DNA of 64,000 bases, taken from a virus. The notes under the pieces are model-generated. The model was not told where the DNA came from. It saw only the letters and a program-made list of their open reading frames with translations, and searched no databases. Positions 1 to 9,714 of the stretch are shown here, piece by piece; position 1 is the stretch's first letter, and every line of letters starts with the position of its first letter. The translations under genes and the position numbers were made by a program. The stretch covers positions 32,598-96,597 of the IMG/VR virus record IMGVR_UViG_3300009430_000001; one strand, written 5' to 3'.

Positions 1-595
1 TTGAGATCCGGGATGGCACCTCGACTCCAAGCAGCCCGCGGTCCGTCAGCTCGCTGCGGATCTCACGGCTGAAGTCCTCGAGTCGGCGTGGATTCAGCCT
101 GATGCGTGGGTCGCATAGTAGCACACTCCTGATATATTCGCCGTTTTCGTGGTTGTAGTAGTGGAAGATCGCGCAGGTTTTCTCGATCGAGAACCAACCC
201 CAGCCGAATTGGCAGGCGTGCAGAGGTGAGATTAAAAAGAATGGGATCGCGCGCGTGACGCTGAGTTCTTCAGTGGGTGGCGTGTTCCAGGGATTGGCTT
301 TGCTATTGGCGATGAACGGTGGCGGGCGCCAGCCTGGGTCGCTGGGGGCGAGGAAGTTGATGCCGCCATCGCCGCGATATGGGGCGTAAGACTCGAAATC
401 GCCGAGCTCGCCGCACCAATGGACTTCAGCGATCGTGCGCGGAACCTCGATCAGGTGATGGAGGTGCTCGCCAGGCAGCGTGAGCTTGGCGGTGGCCTGG
501 TTGATCGTTTCGATGAAACCGCCGGGCAATGGCCGTGCTGCGGTGGTCGGCGACGTCATGGCTTGATCGCGTTGACGTTGCAGAGTGTACGCCAT
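1..595 (-). CDS. hypothetical protein, 3'-truncated by window edge
   Basis: Read by hand: open frame from ATG 595 (or ATG 559, MTSPTTAARPLPGG...) to the window edge; absent from the ORF track because no stop is reached. Confidence 0.6.
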   Translation of the reverse strand, partial: MAYTLQRQRDQAMTSPTTAARPLPGGFIETINQATAKLTLPGEHLHHLIEVPRTIAEVHWCGELGDFESYAPYRGDGGINFLAPSDPGWRPPPFIANSKANPWNTPPTEELSVTRAIPFFLISPLHACQFGWGWFSIEKTCAIFHYYNHENGEYIRSVLLCDPRIRLNPRRLEDFSREIRSELTDRGLLGVEVPSRIS

Positions 596-609
596 GGCGA
601 GCAGGCTGA

Positions 610-1029
610 TCAAGAGCCGGAGGATGAACAAGGTTCGATCGTGATCGGTTGAAACGAAGTGACTGGTCCTTTGTAACCAGGGAGCTGCTCGGCGAGCGAG
701 AACACCAGCATGTCAATCAAGTGCTTTGCTGGAGACCGTGGCCAGTCGATTTCATTGGCGCAAAGCGCGTCGTAAGCTTCGACGGCGCCGATGAGGCGGC
801 CGGGCGCAACCTTGCGAAGTGTTTCAATCTGCAGTCGTGGAAGCAACACGAACTGCTCCAGACGCAGCGGCTCGAGCGATCGATGGCCGGAGATGAGTGC
901 ATCGTAAATGCGGAGAAACACAGGCGAGTCGCTGACGCGGATCAGATCGTCGAGGTATTTGGGGGTGATTTCTGGCGTGAAAGCAAGGGCTGATGTCAGT
1001 ACCTGAAGAACCGTTCGATCGATTGTCAT
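610..1029 (-). CDS. hypothetical phage protein
   Basis: ORF track 610..1050; likely ATG start MTIDRTVLQ; co-oriented with neighbours. Confidence 0.6.
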   Translation of the reverse strand: MTIDRTVLQVLTSALAFTPEITPKYLDDLIRVSDSPVFLRIYDALISGHRSLEPLRLEQFVLLPRLQIETLRKVAPGRLIGAVEAYDALCANEIDWPRSPAKHLIDMLVFSLAEQLPGYKGPVTSFQPITIEPCSSSGS

Positions 1030-1083
1030 CACGAAAAAGCCCAGCTTCAAAGCTGGGCATGAAGGTTGAAGAATGAATGAAGC

Positions 1084-1794
1084 TCACCAATCGTCGTCGC
1101 CGCCAGCAGCAGGAGCAGCGGCTGTTGGCGGTGCGGCGCCGTTGGTACTCATCGGCACGCCGGCTTGAGCCGGTGGAGTGACCGGAGCAGTGAATGGGTC
1201 GTTGCCGCCATTGCTGTACTGGTCCGGAAACCAGGACTCTTGCGCACTGGCGATGACTTTCGGGCTATCCGCGGGCTTGATGTGAAATCGCACCGAATAC
1301 ATGATTTGCGGAGGAGCGTCTTTGTCATAAGTCACCTCGGCAATCGCATTCAGAACATTGTCGTCAGTGAGGAAGATGTTTGGATTACTGGTGAAGGTCT
1401 TGGCGATTGCCTTCTGAACCGAGGATTTGTCGATGATCCAGGCGACAGGGCGCTTCAGTTCACGACAATATGCGCGAACGAACCATACGCATTGCGGCTT
1501 ATCTTTCTCGGTACTCTGGTACGCGTTGCCGATCTCGTTGATGTACTGCTCGAGCGGGGGTTCCGTTGGCGTGATCACGCAGCTCTTGTCTTTTCGGTAA
1601 TACCGATAGCACTTGCTGATCTGCGATGTGATGTACAGATTGTAACTCTGCCCGGGAGGGATCGTGGACATAATGAACATCCACGGGGGAATTCCCGAAA
1701 GATCGTGCGTGAATTCAGCGGGGAGCAAATCGATCGCCGGGATCGGAGCCATAGGTTGTGGGGAGCGATTGGCGGGCCCAGGTCCGAGGCTCAA
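1084..1794 (-). CDS. putative single-stranded DNA-binding protein
   Basis: Aromatic beta-rich core, GGNDPF motif, then Pro/Ala linker and acidic-aromatic tail GGDDDW, the typical layout of phage SSBs. Confidence 0.55.
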   Translation of the reverse strand: MSLGPGPANRSPQPMAPIPAIDLLPAEFTHDLSGIPPWMFIMSTIPPGQSYNLYITSQISKCYRYYRKDKSCVITPTEPPLEQYINEIGNAYQSTEKDKPQCVWFVRAYCRELKRPVAWIIDKSSVQKAIAKTFTSNPNIFLTDDNVLNAIAEVTYDKDAPPQIMYSVRFHIKPADSPKVIASAQESWFPDQYSNGGNDPFTAPVTPPAQAGVPMSTNGAAPPTAAAPAAGGDDDW

Positions 1795-2000
1795 CTCCGG
1801 GCGTCGTCTCCGGCCGGAACCAAGCTGCTCGAGGACCGAGCCGGCTCCAGTATAGCATCAACTGGAGTATATCGAAACCCCGAGCCGCTCGAGGCGAGGC
1901 GGGCATTTGCTGCAGCGATCTCTTCCTCGGTTGCGCTCTTCACGATATAGCCGGCGAGCGTTACTCCGCTGGGGATGCATGTCATCTGCCAACTGGCCAT
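1791..2000 (-). CDS. small hypothetical protein
   Basis: 69 aa ORF with a 4-nt overlap with the next gene. Confidence 0.5.
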   Translation of the reverse strand: MASWQMTCIPSGVTLAGYIVKSATEEEIAAANARLASSGSGFRYTPVDAILEPARSSSSLVPAGDDARS

Positions 2001-2136
2001 GGGGTCTGAGGGTCGTGCGTTTTCCAGGGTAGAAGCGCTGGCCTGGACTGGACCTTAGGAGACACAGCCTGTAAAATGGGGAGGACCCGCGGCGCGTCAA
2101 CGCTCGGGTCCCTGATCAACCTGGGGAAACAGGCCG

Positions 2137-2817
2137 ATGAGTCGAGAGTATCACATCCGCGGCGGCGTGAAGGTGCTGAAGCTGCCGCCGCTGGAGCGCG
2201 TGCAGGAGCTGCTCTACGAGGACCCGGAGCAGCCTGGGGTGCTGCGGTGGCGGGTGAGCAGAGGCTGCCAGCCCGCCGGCTCCGTGGCGGGCGGCCTTAA
2301 TGGTGGTGGCCGTCGGCGGATCATGATTGATGGCGTTCTTTGTTACGCCTCGCGGTTGTTGTGGCTATTGCGCACGGGCGAGGATCCAGGGGCTGGGGTC
2401 ATTGATCATGAGGATCGTGCGAGAGATAATGATCGCTTTGAAAATCTGAGGCTTGCGCCGAATGGCCAGAGCTCTAATACCGCGCACAGTGGCAGGCAGA
2501 GCAATAATACAAGTGGCTATACGGGTGTGAGCTGGGACGATCGTTGTGGCAAGTGGCGCGTGAAACTTCAATACGAAAACAGGCGCATTCACTTGGGCTT
2601 TTTTCGCAACGTCAAAGATGCTTACGCTGTTTATCTTTGCGCAAAGTCAAAGTTTCACGGTGAAGAGTGGCTCGGCGAGCTTGCGCCTGGCTGGACACTC
2701 GAGCAAGCAAAGCAGCGCGTTATTGAAATGAAAAATGCTCGGTCCTGGGAGCTCCGGGATGAGATCTACAAGGCCGAGCGGCAGTTTGTCAAATGGTATA
2801 ACCGGCTAAAACTCTAG
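2137..2817 (+). CDS. HNH homing endonuclease with C-terminal AP2 DNA-binding domain
   Basis: IDHEDRARDNDRFENLRL (HNH_3-type) followed by NNTSGYTGVSW..KWRV..IHLGFF (AP2); inverted relative to neighbours. Confidence 0.85.
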   Translation: MSREYHIRGGVKVLKLPPLERVQELLYEDPEQPGVLRWRVSRGCQPAGSVAGGLNGGGRRRIMIDGVLCYASRLLWLLRTGEDPGAGVIDHEDRARDNDRFENLRLAPNGQSSNTAHSGRQSNNTSGYTGVSWDDRCGKWRVKLQYENRRIHLGFFRNVKDAYAVYLCAKSKFHGEEWLGELAPGWTLEQAKQRVIEMKNARSWELRDEIYKAERQFVKWYNRLKL

Positions 2818-2834
2818 ACTTAGACACAATGCGG
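2814..2834 (+). repeat. asymmetric motif (G)ACTTAGACACAAYGCGG, copy 1 of 7
   Basis: Other copies at 4302, 8583, 15903, 23253 (inverted), 25330 and 44102 (variant). Confidence 0.85.
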
Positions 2835-2838
2835 GGCT

Positions 2839-3213
2839 CTACTTCCCTCTTTCCATTCTGTCCAGCAGTCCTTTGATTCCCGCTTGGTGTTCCCGAAAAC
2901 CTTCAGCTGCATTGTCATCTGCGAGTTCAGTCGTGAAGTCTGCAATCGCTGCCAACATGCAATGCATGCATGCGCATGTCAGGCGCGAAGCTCTGGCGAT
3001 TTCGTCATTGAACACCGGGCCGTCGAGGTATGCAGCAATGTTGGCAAACAGATTGCGCGCAGCTGGTGTGGTGAACGGCGGCATCTTGTCGTCACAATCT
3101 TGCTGGGTTGCAATTTGTGTGCCAAGAAGTATAAGGAAAGACCGCACGAAGTCCATATCATGCGCCAGGCTTGAGTGCCGCAGGTGCTCAGCAATCTGCT
3201 TTTGGTATGTCAT
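2839..3213 (-). CDS. hypothetical protein
   Basis: ATG 3213 (MTYQKQIAEHLRH), 28 nt from the hairpin at 3241. Confidence 0.6.
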   Translation of the reverse strand: MTYQKQIAEHLRHSSLAHDMDFVRSFLILLGTQIATQQDCDDKMPPFTTPAARNLFANIAAYLDGPVFNDEIARASRLTCACMHCMLAAIADFTTELADDNAAEGFREHQAGIKGLLDRMERGK

Positions 3214-3283
3214 GGGGGTGAGTTGGGTGAAGAAAGAAAAGCGCCCCGAAGGGCGCTGGTATTGGGGAGCTTCTATTATCGCG

Positions 3284-4204
3284 TCAGAAGCCGGCGTCGT
3301 CAAGCACGGTGTCCGCGGTGGCATCCACGGTGGACAGCTGTTGTCCGGTGGTGTCGTAGTAAGCTTGCTCGCCTGCCACGGCAGCGGAACCAGCCGGCAT
3401 CAGGCCATAGCCCTGGAACGCACGCTTGATGCGCTTGACTGTTTCCAGCAGCTCTTCGATCGTGCTGGGTCCGTTGTACCAGCTGTTGTCGGAGAGCTTC
3501 ATCCAGCTTTTGCGATCAGGAGTGGGCACGGAGATCTCGAGGAATCGGGCGCGCTTGCCATTCCGCAGATCGATCCTGCACACGTCAAACAGCTGGCGGC
3601 TGTCGTCTTCCGACTGGCAGATCTCCGCCAGCGCGCCAAGGAAGCTGCGCACCGGGCCGGTGACGCCTGTGCTGCCATCGGGGCGATAGCTGACGGCATT
3701 GAAGTTCAGTTCGATGGCACGACCCTCGGTGTCGCTCATCAGGAAGCGCAGCCGATAGTTGAGCGCATAGGATGCATTCTCATCGGCGGGAGTCACCAGA
3801 AGAAGCATGTCCCGGGCAAATCCGATGATCTTGGATGTTCCGCTGTCTTCGTTGGTGGTTCCACCATCATCGGATACCGTGAAATTCACGGGCTTGTTTG
3901 CAGTCGCAGGTGTGACGGGCTGGAAAGGATTCTTGTACGCGCGGATCGGGGTGTGACCGACGACAGCTGCATCGTCCGGCGGCAGCTGGATCACCGCGGC
4001 TTCGGTCGGGGCCAGGGCGGAGGTCTCCTCGACTTGCTCGGCGACTTGCTCGGTGGCTTGCTCGACAGCTTGCTCAGCGACTTCGGGGATGCTCACGATC
4101 TCAGTTTGAACAGTGGTTTCAGTGGACGGCTCGAGCACTTCAGGGCTGAGTTTGGCGGGCTCGCGGGTACGGGTGGCGCGGGTACGGGTGGAATTCGTAG
4201 CCAT
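3284..4204 (-). CDS. hypothetical protein with acidic low-complexity N-terminus
   Basis: ATG 4204 (MATNSTRTR); EQAVEQATEQVAEQ repeats; 306 aa. Confidence 0.7.
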   Translation of the reverse strand: MATNSTRTRATRTREPAKLSPEVLEPSTETTVQTEIVSIPEVAEQAVEQATEQVAEQVEETSALAPTEAAVIQLPPDDAAVVGHTPIRAYKNPFQPVTPATANKPVNFTVSDDGGTTNEDSGTSKIIGFARDMLLLVTPADENASYALNYRLRFLMSDTEGRAIELNFNAVSYRPDGSTGVTGPVRSFLGALAEICQSEDDSRQLFDVCRIDLRNGKRARFLEISVPTPDRKSWMKLSDNSWYNGPSTIEELLETVKRIKRAFQGYGLMPAGSAAVAGEQAYYDTTGQQLSTVDATADTVLDDAGF

Positions 4205-4256
4205 TGGAAACAGATGAAGCAGATGAACGCGCTGCCTGTCACGCAGCACAAAGAAA

Positions 4257-4281
4257 AAAGGCCCCCGTGGAGGGAGCCTTT
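4257..4281 (-). repeat. hairpin repeat (plus strand AAAGGCCCCCGTGGAGGG), terminator-like copy
   Basis: Stem-loop followed by a U-tract on the minus strand; member of the ~19-copy family. Confidence 0.8.
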
Positions 4282-4301
4282 GAGTGGGAGGGAAAATCAA
4301 A

Positions 4302-4318
4302 ACTTAGACACAACGCGG
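4302..4318 (+). repeat. asymmetric motif copy 2
   Basis: ACTTAGACACAACGCGG, intergenic. Confidence 0.85.
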
Positions 4319-4328
4319 AGCGCAGGTC

Positions 4329-4946
4329 TCAGTCTTTGAATCTGTAGTGGTATGGCTTGTAGTGACTGGGATACATCGCATTGATGGGCCCGAGACGTGC
4401 ATTCTGTGCCTCAAGCTGCTCGAGGTCACGGCATGCACGTTCCATGGCGCTGTCACTGTCGAGCTTGGCGAGTAGTGGCAAGCAGGGAATGTAGTGCGTT
4501 GCGCCTTGGAATTTCTTGTTGCCATGGCAAATGATCGTGATGCCGCTGGTCAGCGTGTGATAAGCGCCGGTGCGCATGATCAAGCCGCTAGGCATATGGA
4601 TCATGAACAGCGGTTTGCAGATGCGCGTATTGTGGCTGGCATCATCGGGAAAACCTTCAGGCTCAGGAAGCCGTGGGTCGTCATGTGCCACGAGCTCGAT
4701 GCGATAGTCGCGTTGAGCATTGAACTCATCGAGTGGATCGTAGAGATCGCCGCCCCAGCCGACAGCGATCTTGGTCATGTCGTTAGTGTCAAGCTGTTGC
4801 TTGAGGTCTTGCCGGCGATCTAGTTCGATCGCAATGCGACCGAGGAAGTCGCGGTGGTTGTTGGGGAGTCGGGGTTCGATGTAGCTGTTGAGCATGAACT
4901 GCTTGGTTTTCTTGTCGGTGATACGTGATCCACGGACGTTGTTCAC
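4329..4946 (-). CDS. hypothetical protein
   Basis: GTG 4946 overlaps the TGA of the upstream gene (GTGA coupling). Confidence 0.6.
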   Translation of the reverse strand: MNNVRGSRITDKKTKQFMLNSYIEPRLPNNHRDFLGRIAIELDRRQDLKQQLDTNDMTKIAVGWGGDLYDPLDEFNAQRDYRIELVAHDDPRLPEPEGFPDDASHNTRICKPLFMIHMPSGLIMRTGAYHTLTSGITIICHGNKKFQGATHYIPCLPLLAKLDSDSAMERACRDLEQLEAQNARLGPINAMYPSHYKPYHYRFKD

Positions 4947-5491
4947 GTTTCCTCCTGCTTCTTGCGGTCTTCGCTCTCTTGGTGCTTCCATGTGCCCCAC
5001 TTCTCGATGTACTCTGTGGCGGTTGGCACGCGCTTCAGCTTGTGCACTTTGCGCCACTGCTCTTCAGTGGTGTCATGGAACTTGGCAGGGCCGCTGATTT
5101 CGTAAAGCTCGAGATCGAGGGTATCTATGCCTGCTTGAATCATCTGCGTCCACGTATTTGTGGGAGTCCAGGCTTGATCGTCTTCGCTCAGGTTGCGTTG
5201 CTGTATCTTGAGCTCTTCGACGTAACCCGTGCGAAGCACGGCCAAGGCCGCTCGCATAATGACGTGAATAACTAGCGCTGGCTGATGTCTGCTGATGCAC
5301 TCACGATAGGTGAAGTTTGTATAATTAAGTTTGTTCTCACAGCGTCTGATTATCGTGATCAGCTCTTTCACTGTGATGATGTCGTGGCGCCAGGCCACGT
5401 GCAGCAGTGCGTTGGCAACGTCTTGGTGAAGCTCAAGCAAATTGTTGTGGGCTTTGCCGTTTTTTTCAATCAGTCGGTTGTAGATGCTCAT
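4943..5491 (-). CDS. hypothetical protein
   Basis: 182 aa ATG ORF in the minus-strand operon. Confidence 0.65.
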   Translation of the reverse strand: MSIYNRLIEKNGKAHNNLLELHQDVANALLHVAWRHDIITVKELITIIRRCENKLNYTNFTYRECISRHQPALVIHVIMRAALAVLRTGYVEELKIQQRNLSEDDQAWTPTNTWTQMIQAGIDTLDLELYEISGPAKFHDTTEEQWRKVHKLKRVPTATEYIEKWGTWKHQESEDRKKQEET

Positions 5492-5520
5492 GTTGCCTCT
5501 TGTGGTTGAAGTGAATCCAG

Positions 5521-5835
5521 TTATTGATTGGCAGGTTCTTGGAGGATGTCAAACAGGCTGGCCCAGCCTTCAACAGAACCGCCATGGTTATTAATTACCT
5601 CTTTGGCCCTGGAGTTGAGTGGATCTATTTGCTGAACCATGAGGAAGTTGATTCCAGTTTGAGCGATTGCTATTTGACGGGCGTATTCGCTTTTACTGCG
5701 TGACTTGCGCATGGCAAGACTTGTAACTGTTGCTAGTGTGCAATCGACAAGATAGACGAATGCATGCTCGGTCGTGGTAAATTTTTTGGTGCGAAAGATG
5801 TTTTGATCTTTCTCGGATTTGGTGGCTTTTTTCAT
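5521..5835 (-). CDS. hypothetical protein (AT-rich)
   Basis: ATG 5835 (MKKATKSEK), ATGA-coupled to the upstream gene. Confidence 0.65.
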   Translation of the reverse strand: MKKATKSEKDQNIFRTKKFTTTEHAFVYLVDCTLATVTSLAMRKSRSKSEYARQIAIAQTGINFLMVQQIDPLNSRAKEVINNHGGSVEGWASLFDILQEPANQ

Positions 5836-6545
5836 GCTGCCTCCTGTAGTTGAATGAGTTTCTGGTCGAGTTGTCGTTTCCTGCTGCCGTGGGCGGGGAA
5901 CGCGATAATCACATGGGGTGGACGCTTCCAGCACAGGCGACAGCCGACACATTGCGGCGCACGTGGATCAGGTGCCAGCCTGGAGTGGGGGCACAGCACA
6001 GCGCGGTTGCCGCCGGCTGTGGTCCACGCCGTGCGCTTCTCGCCGGAAGGCACGATCAGGACGGCGTGCAAGCCGATCGCCACCGCGGCATCAGCCTGGG
6101 CCTCGAGCTCGAAGCTGAGGTTGATCGTGATCCGATGGCCCAGCAGCGCATCGAGGTGCGCCGGCTCATGTCGCCACTCCCGCCTGTGGGAGTACATGAA
6201 GGCGGGGCGCTTGCCCACGGCTGCGGACAGGGCGCCGAGGAAGCTGCGCACCTGGCCTGGCGTCTCCCCGGGGACGTCCCCTGCGACACCATATCGCAAT
6301 GGTGTTGTGGGCGGAAGACGAAAACGGACCCAGTCGATCATTTGGTCGAACTGCATCACGTCTTTGCCGATGCCGGCGCTGTAGTTGTCCCAGTGCCATG
6401 CCATGTAGCCCTGGTCGTGATAGCAGGTGCCATCATTCAATGGACAATCGCTGGGGCATGTGTTGCGGCTGGCGGTGATGGCAGCGATTGGGCCCAGCTT
6501 GTCGTTGTTGGTGGGGTACTTGCAGTGGAAGAAGTATTTGGTCAT
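5832..6545 (-). CDS. Cys-rich DUF7227/gp88-like protein (possible Fe-S or radical-SAM-related)
   Basis: N.KLGPI...TCPSDCP....CY, LRYGVAGD, CPH...CVGCRLC, IIAFPAHG motifs. Confidence 0.7.
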   Translation of the reverse strand: MTKYFFHCKYPTNNDKLGPIAAITASRNTCPSDCPLNDGTCYHDQGYMAWHWDNYSAGIGKDVMQFDQMIDWVRFRLPPTTPLRYGVAGDVPGETPGQVRSFLGALSAAVGKRPAFMYSHRREWRHEPAHLDALLGHRITINLSFELEAQADAAVAIGLHAVLIVPSGEKRTAWTTAGGNRAVLCPHSRLAPDPRAPQCVGCRLCWKRPPHVIIAFPAHGSRKRQLDQKLIQLQEAA

Positions 6546-6552
6546 GGTTTGA

Positions 6553-6786
6553 TCAGTATTCACCAGGAAACAGCACAATCTCGACTGGATAGCGGATCTC
6601 GCCTTTGTCATTGATCTCCACATCGTAGGGATCGCCAACGACGAATTCGCTTGGCTTGAGTCCAGCTCGAAAGAGCTTCTGCTCAACATCACGCATGATG
6701 CTGTGCCAGTCGGGTTCGGGATTCCAGTATTCCGGCGGCTCACTTGGTCGTGGGTCGCGGAACTGGCGGGGGTCGGTGGTAGCCAT
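6553..6786 (-). CDS. small hypothetical protein
   Basis: 77 aa ATG ORF in operon. Confidence 0.6.
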   Translation of the reverse strand: MATTDPRQFRDPRPSEPPEYWNPEPDWHSIMRDVEQKLFRAGLKPSEFVVGDPYDVEINDKGEIRYPVEIVLFPGEY

Positions 6787-6865
6787 GGAAGTGATGGAAA
6801 GTGGGTGGGGACTTATATGCCGTCAGAGCGCTTACAGTTGGCCAGCGACGGCAATGCCCCGGGGA

Positions 6866-7846
6866 TCAGGCCTTGATGCCGGCGAGTTCGCGGCAGAAGT
6901 CGCGAGCGACTTCGATGCGGCCCTTGTTGACTCCGAATAGCACGCGGCTGAACTTCTTGATGGCGTTCTGGCCGCTGGGGCTGGTCAGCACCTCAGTGAC
7001 GGCATTGAAGCCGTGCCAGGCGGTGCCGCGGACTCCAGGGATGTCGGTGCCGAGGCCGGTGGTCAGCGCTTCGACCATCGGGTTCCAGTCCCTCAGGTCC
7101 TCGAGCGTCTTGGCACGCACCGGCTTGCCGTCAGCCATGATCGGCCGGGCCAGCTCGGGGGCGTAGACGCGCTTGAGCATTTCGCGGAAGGCCTCGGTGT
7201 TCATCCTTGTTTCCGCGAACAGGTGGTAGTCCTGGACTTCGTCGTTGAAGGACTCCGTGGCGACATTGATGCTCTTGATCAGTCGCGTGATGTCGCTGTT
7301 GACACCTTTGCGGTGGGCCAGGCTGCGCTGGTTCTCGCTGCACATTGCAACTTGTAAAGTATTGCAACAAACCACACGCGTATCGGTGTAGAGAGTGCCG
7401 ACGCCAGTCTTGCCATCGTGGCCGAGGTAGCCGACGATGTAGCGCTCGATCTTGTCGTTGGCGAGTACGTTGTCTTCCAGGCCTTTGATCAGGCCAGTGA
7501 AGGCGACCTTGCGGCCTTCGTCGAGCACGACGAAAGTGTCGAGGATGATGTGGTCTTGAATGGCTTCAGCCATCTCGACCAGGCGCTCATTCTGCGCGAC
7601 CTCGTACTCATGCCCGGCAACGCCGAGCAGTTCGCCGGTGGTGCCGTGGATCAGGGCGCAGCGGTTGGCTTCGTGGGTCTGGTCGTCCCAGTTGTAGAAC
7701 AGGGGCTTCTTGATGACTTCGTAGTTGGCTTTGGCCATCTCGTAAGCCTGGCGGGGTGTGATGGTGATGTCATTGATGCAGAGCTCTTCGCCGTGCCAGG
7801 AGCGAATGCCGCGATTGGTGATTCCGGATTGGAAGTAGCTACCCAT
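6866..7846 (-). CDS. DUF932/DUF945 family phage/plasmid protein
   Basis: WHG...LGVAGHEYEVAQN...LDEGRKV...HDGK...RVVCCNTL...GTAWHGFNAVTE. Confidence 0.85.
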   Translation of the reverse strand: MGSYFQSGITNRGIRSWHGEELCINDITITPRQAYEMAKANYEVIKKPLFYNWDDQTHEANRCALIHGTTGELLGVAGHEYEVAQNERLVEMAEAIQDHIILDTFVVLDEGRKVAFTGLIKGLEDNVLANDKIERYIVGYLGHDGKTGVGTLYTDTRVVCCNTLQVAMCSENQRSLAHRKGVNSDITRLIKSINVATESFNDEVQDYHLFAETRMNTEAFREMLKRVYAPELARPIMADGKPVRAKTLEDLRDWNPMVEALTTGLGTDIPGVRGTAWHGFNAVTEVLTSPSGQNAIKKFSRVLFGVNKGRIEVARDFCRELAGIKA

Positions 7847-7903
7847 TTTCAGGAAGAATGCAGGTTTGGAAGGGGGTGGTGAATGCCCGTGTGGGCAATG
7901 AAG

Positions 7904-7929
7904 AAAGGCCCCCGCATGATGCGAGGGCT
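7904..7929 (-). repeat. hairpin repeat, extended-stem variant
   Basis: GGCCC-C-CGCA-TGA-TGCG-A-GGGCT; forms a U.G pair on the minus strand. Confidence 0.75.
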
Positions 7930-7960
7930 AGGAATCAGCGCAGCATCAGCTGCATGACAT

Positions 7961-8188
7961 TCAGAGCGACAGCGACTGTAAAGCCAATTTCGAGTAGGTC
8001 CCGGTAGCGTGCAGCTCTCTGATGATGTTCGCGGCGCGATTCAAGTCCACGTACTGTGTTGCCTCCCTTGGGTCGTTGACGTGCTGAATGCCGTTGGGCG
8101 GCAACGTCGATGAAGAAGGAAGGTGATTTGCCTTGAGGAAGGACGCGGAGTCTTGATCCAGAATGACGAAGCGGCATGAGCGGTGCAT
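7961..8188 (-). CDS. small hypothetical protein
   Basis: 75 aa ATG ORF; the alternative frame 7935..8177 looks less protein-like. Confidence 0.5.
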   Translation of the reverse strand: MHRSCRFVILDQDSASFLKANHLPSSSTLPPNGIQHVNDPREATQYVDLNRAANIIRELHATGTYSKLALQSLSL

Positions 8189-8220
8189 GGGGTGGATGGG
8201 ATGTCGGGTCGATTGTACGA

Positions 8221-8514
8221 TCAGGCAGACGCTACGGCAAGTCCATTGTAGTGGACTGAAACACTGTGTCCTGCGTCTGTAGTCGCAAGCACAGTTGATA
8301 GGTTGTTCTCGTTGGCGAGGTAGGAAGCGTGCATTTCCATGGCATGGAGCAGCTCAGCTTCGCTGGCGGCTTCGAATACGTAGCTCTCGAGTAGCAGGTT
8401 GTTGATCGGATCTTCGAAGCACACGTGAACCGTGGCCGGTCGCTTGACTGAGCGCACGGTGCTGTTGATCTTGCTGGCAGACGGAATGCGAAGTTCGCGA
8501 GACATGGGTCTCAT
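8221..8514 (-). CDS. hypothetical protein
   Basis: ATG 8514, 18 nt from the hairpin at 8532. Confidence 0.6.
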   Translation of the reverse strand: MRPMSRELRIPSASKINSTVRSVKRPATVHVCFEDPINNLLLESYVFEAASEAELLHAMEMHASYLANENNLSTVLATTDAGHSVSVHYNGLAVASA

Positions 8515-8531
8515 GGCGAAGGACGCAGAAC

Positions 8532-8600
8532 AAAGGCCCCCGTGGAGGGACCACGGGAGCCGGAGGGTTCTGTGTTTAGTCGGACTTAGACACAATGCGG
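8532..8600. repeat. hairpin repeat (8532-8552) plus asymmetric motif copy 3 (8583-8600)
   Basis: AAAGGCCCCCGTGGAGGGACC and GACTTAGACACAATGCGG. Confidence 0.85.
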
Positions 8601-8668
8601 AGCATCGGCCGGGGGATCAATCGTCGGGCGGCTCCAGGACCAAGTGGAAACGAAGCCGTGACGATCAA

Positions 8669-8965
8669 TCAGCGGGAGTGTAAACGTCGTCGTCGTTGTG
8701 CGCGGTCGAGTGCTTCGCTCGTTTCCAGGATTGGAGCTTCGCCGCGCTGGATCTTTTTTCCAGCTAGCACACGCTCGAGTTGATGGCGCGGGATGCGCTT
8801 CCAGTCGTTCTCGTGTTTGACATAGAAGTCAACGCGATCGATTCGCTTTGTTCCGCGGCTGTAACGAAAGATTGACGTCTTGATCTCAATGTTGTCGATG
8901 ATGGTCTTTTGAGATTCACGCTTATCAAGCGTAATGGCCTTGAGATCGTCGAGGGTGAGTGTCAT
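8669..8965 (-). CDS. basic hypothetical protein
   Basis: ATG 8965 (MTLTLDDLK), ATGA-coupled. Confidence 0.6.
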   Translation of the reverse strand: MTLTLDDLKAITLDKRESQKTIIDNIEIKTSIFRYSRGTKRIDRVDFYVKHENDWKRIPRHQLERVLAGKKIQRGEAPILETSEALDRAQRRRRLHSR

Positions 8966-9714
8966 GAGGCGGATTCGTCGTTGGTGTACTCCGATGTCCA
9001 ATACAGGAAGTCGTCACGCTTCTGCACGGGCATGATGATGAAGCGCAGAGACACGTCGCCCCAGGGCTTTTTGGTCTTGGACTTCATCTTTTCCCAGCTT
9101 TCTGAATTTATGCCGGAGCGGATCTCCATGGGCATGATGCTGGAGCTGAAGGCGAACTGTGGATGCTTGGCCTCCAGCTTGATGATGATCTCATTGATTA
9201 CCTTCATGTAGATCGGATCCCAGAGAATGGGCCGCAAAGCGTTCATCGAGTAGTGACAGGGGAAGATGTTATCGAATGCTTGTACGGTTGGGAATGCGTA
9301 AGTCGCTGGGATCGGCTCATGCGCCAGGCGCGCGTTCTCAAGGAAGATCGTACTGATCTTGCCTTCGTCGTTGAATGCGAGAACAGCGGCGTCATTGGAC
9401 ATCCACTTTTCGAAGACCTTGAAGTGGATCAGGAGCTCGGGGATCTCCTGGAAATCACCGGGAGTGTGATCACTGAGGCCTGCTCTCAGCGCAACATGGC
9501 CGTTGGTCGCTTCGATGTAGTAGCACTCGAGCGTGGCATCTGAGCGGATGCGCACGAATTCGAGTGCTTCTATGCCCAGGGGTTTGGCGAGCTTGGCGAT
9601 TTGTGAAGCGGCCCAAAGCAGGGCGGTGGGCAGGCGCAGCGTACCGCCGGCCGCGGAAGGAGTGTCAGGCACGGTGTGAATGACGGTGGAACCGTAGCTG
9701 ATGATGAGAATCAT
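8962..9714 (-). CDS. possible DNA polymerase III beta-clamp-like protein
   Basis: YIEATNGHVALR resembles the ATDGHRL motif of sliding-clamp domains. Confidence 0.4.
   Translation of the reverse strand: MILIISYGSTVIHTVPDTPSAAGGTLRLPTALLWAASQIAKLAKPLGIEALEFVRIRSDATLECYYIEATNGHVALRAGLSDHTPGDFQEIPELLIHFKVFEKWMSNDAAVLAFNDEGKISTIFLENARLAHEPIPATYAFPTVQAFDNIFPCHYSMNALRPILWDPIYMKVINEIIIKLEAKHPQFAFSSSIMPMEIRSGINSESWEKMKSKTKKPWGDVSLRFIIMPVQKRDDFLYWTSEYTNDESAS

Noticed and set aside
2873-4339. Long antisense ORFs (2873..4339, 36121..37398, 57267..58880, 58805..60925 and others)
   Set aside because: Shadow frames of high-GC genes on the opposite strand, with no motifs or start signals
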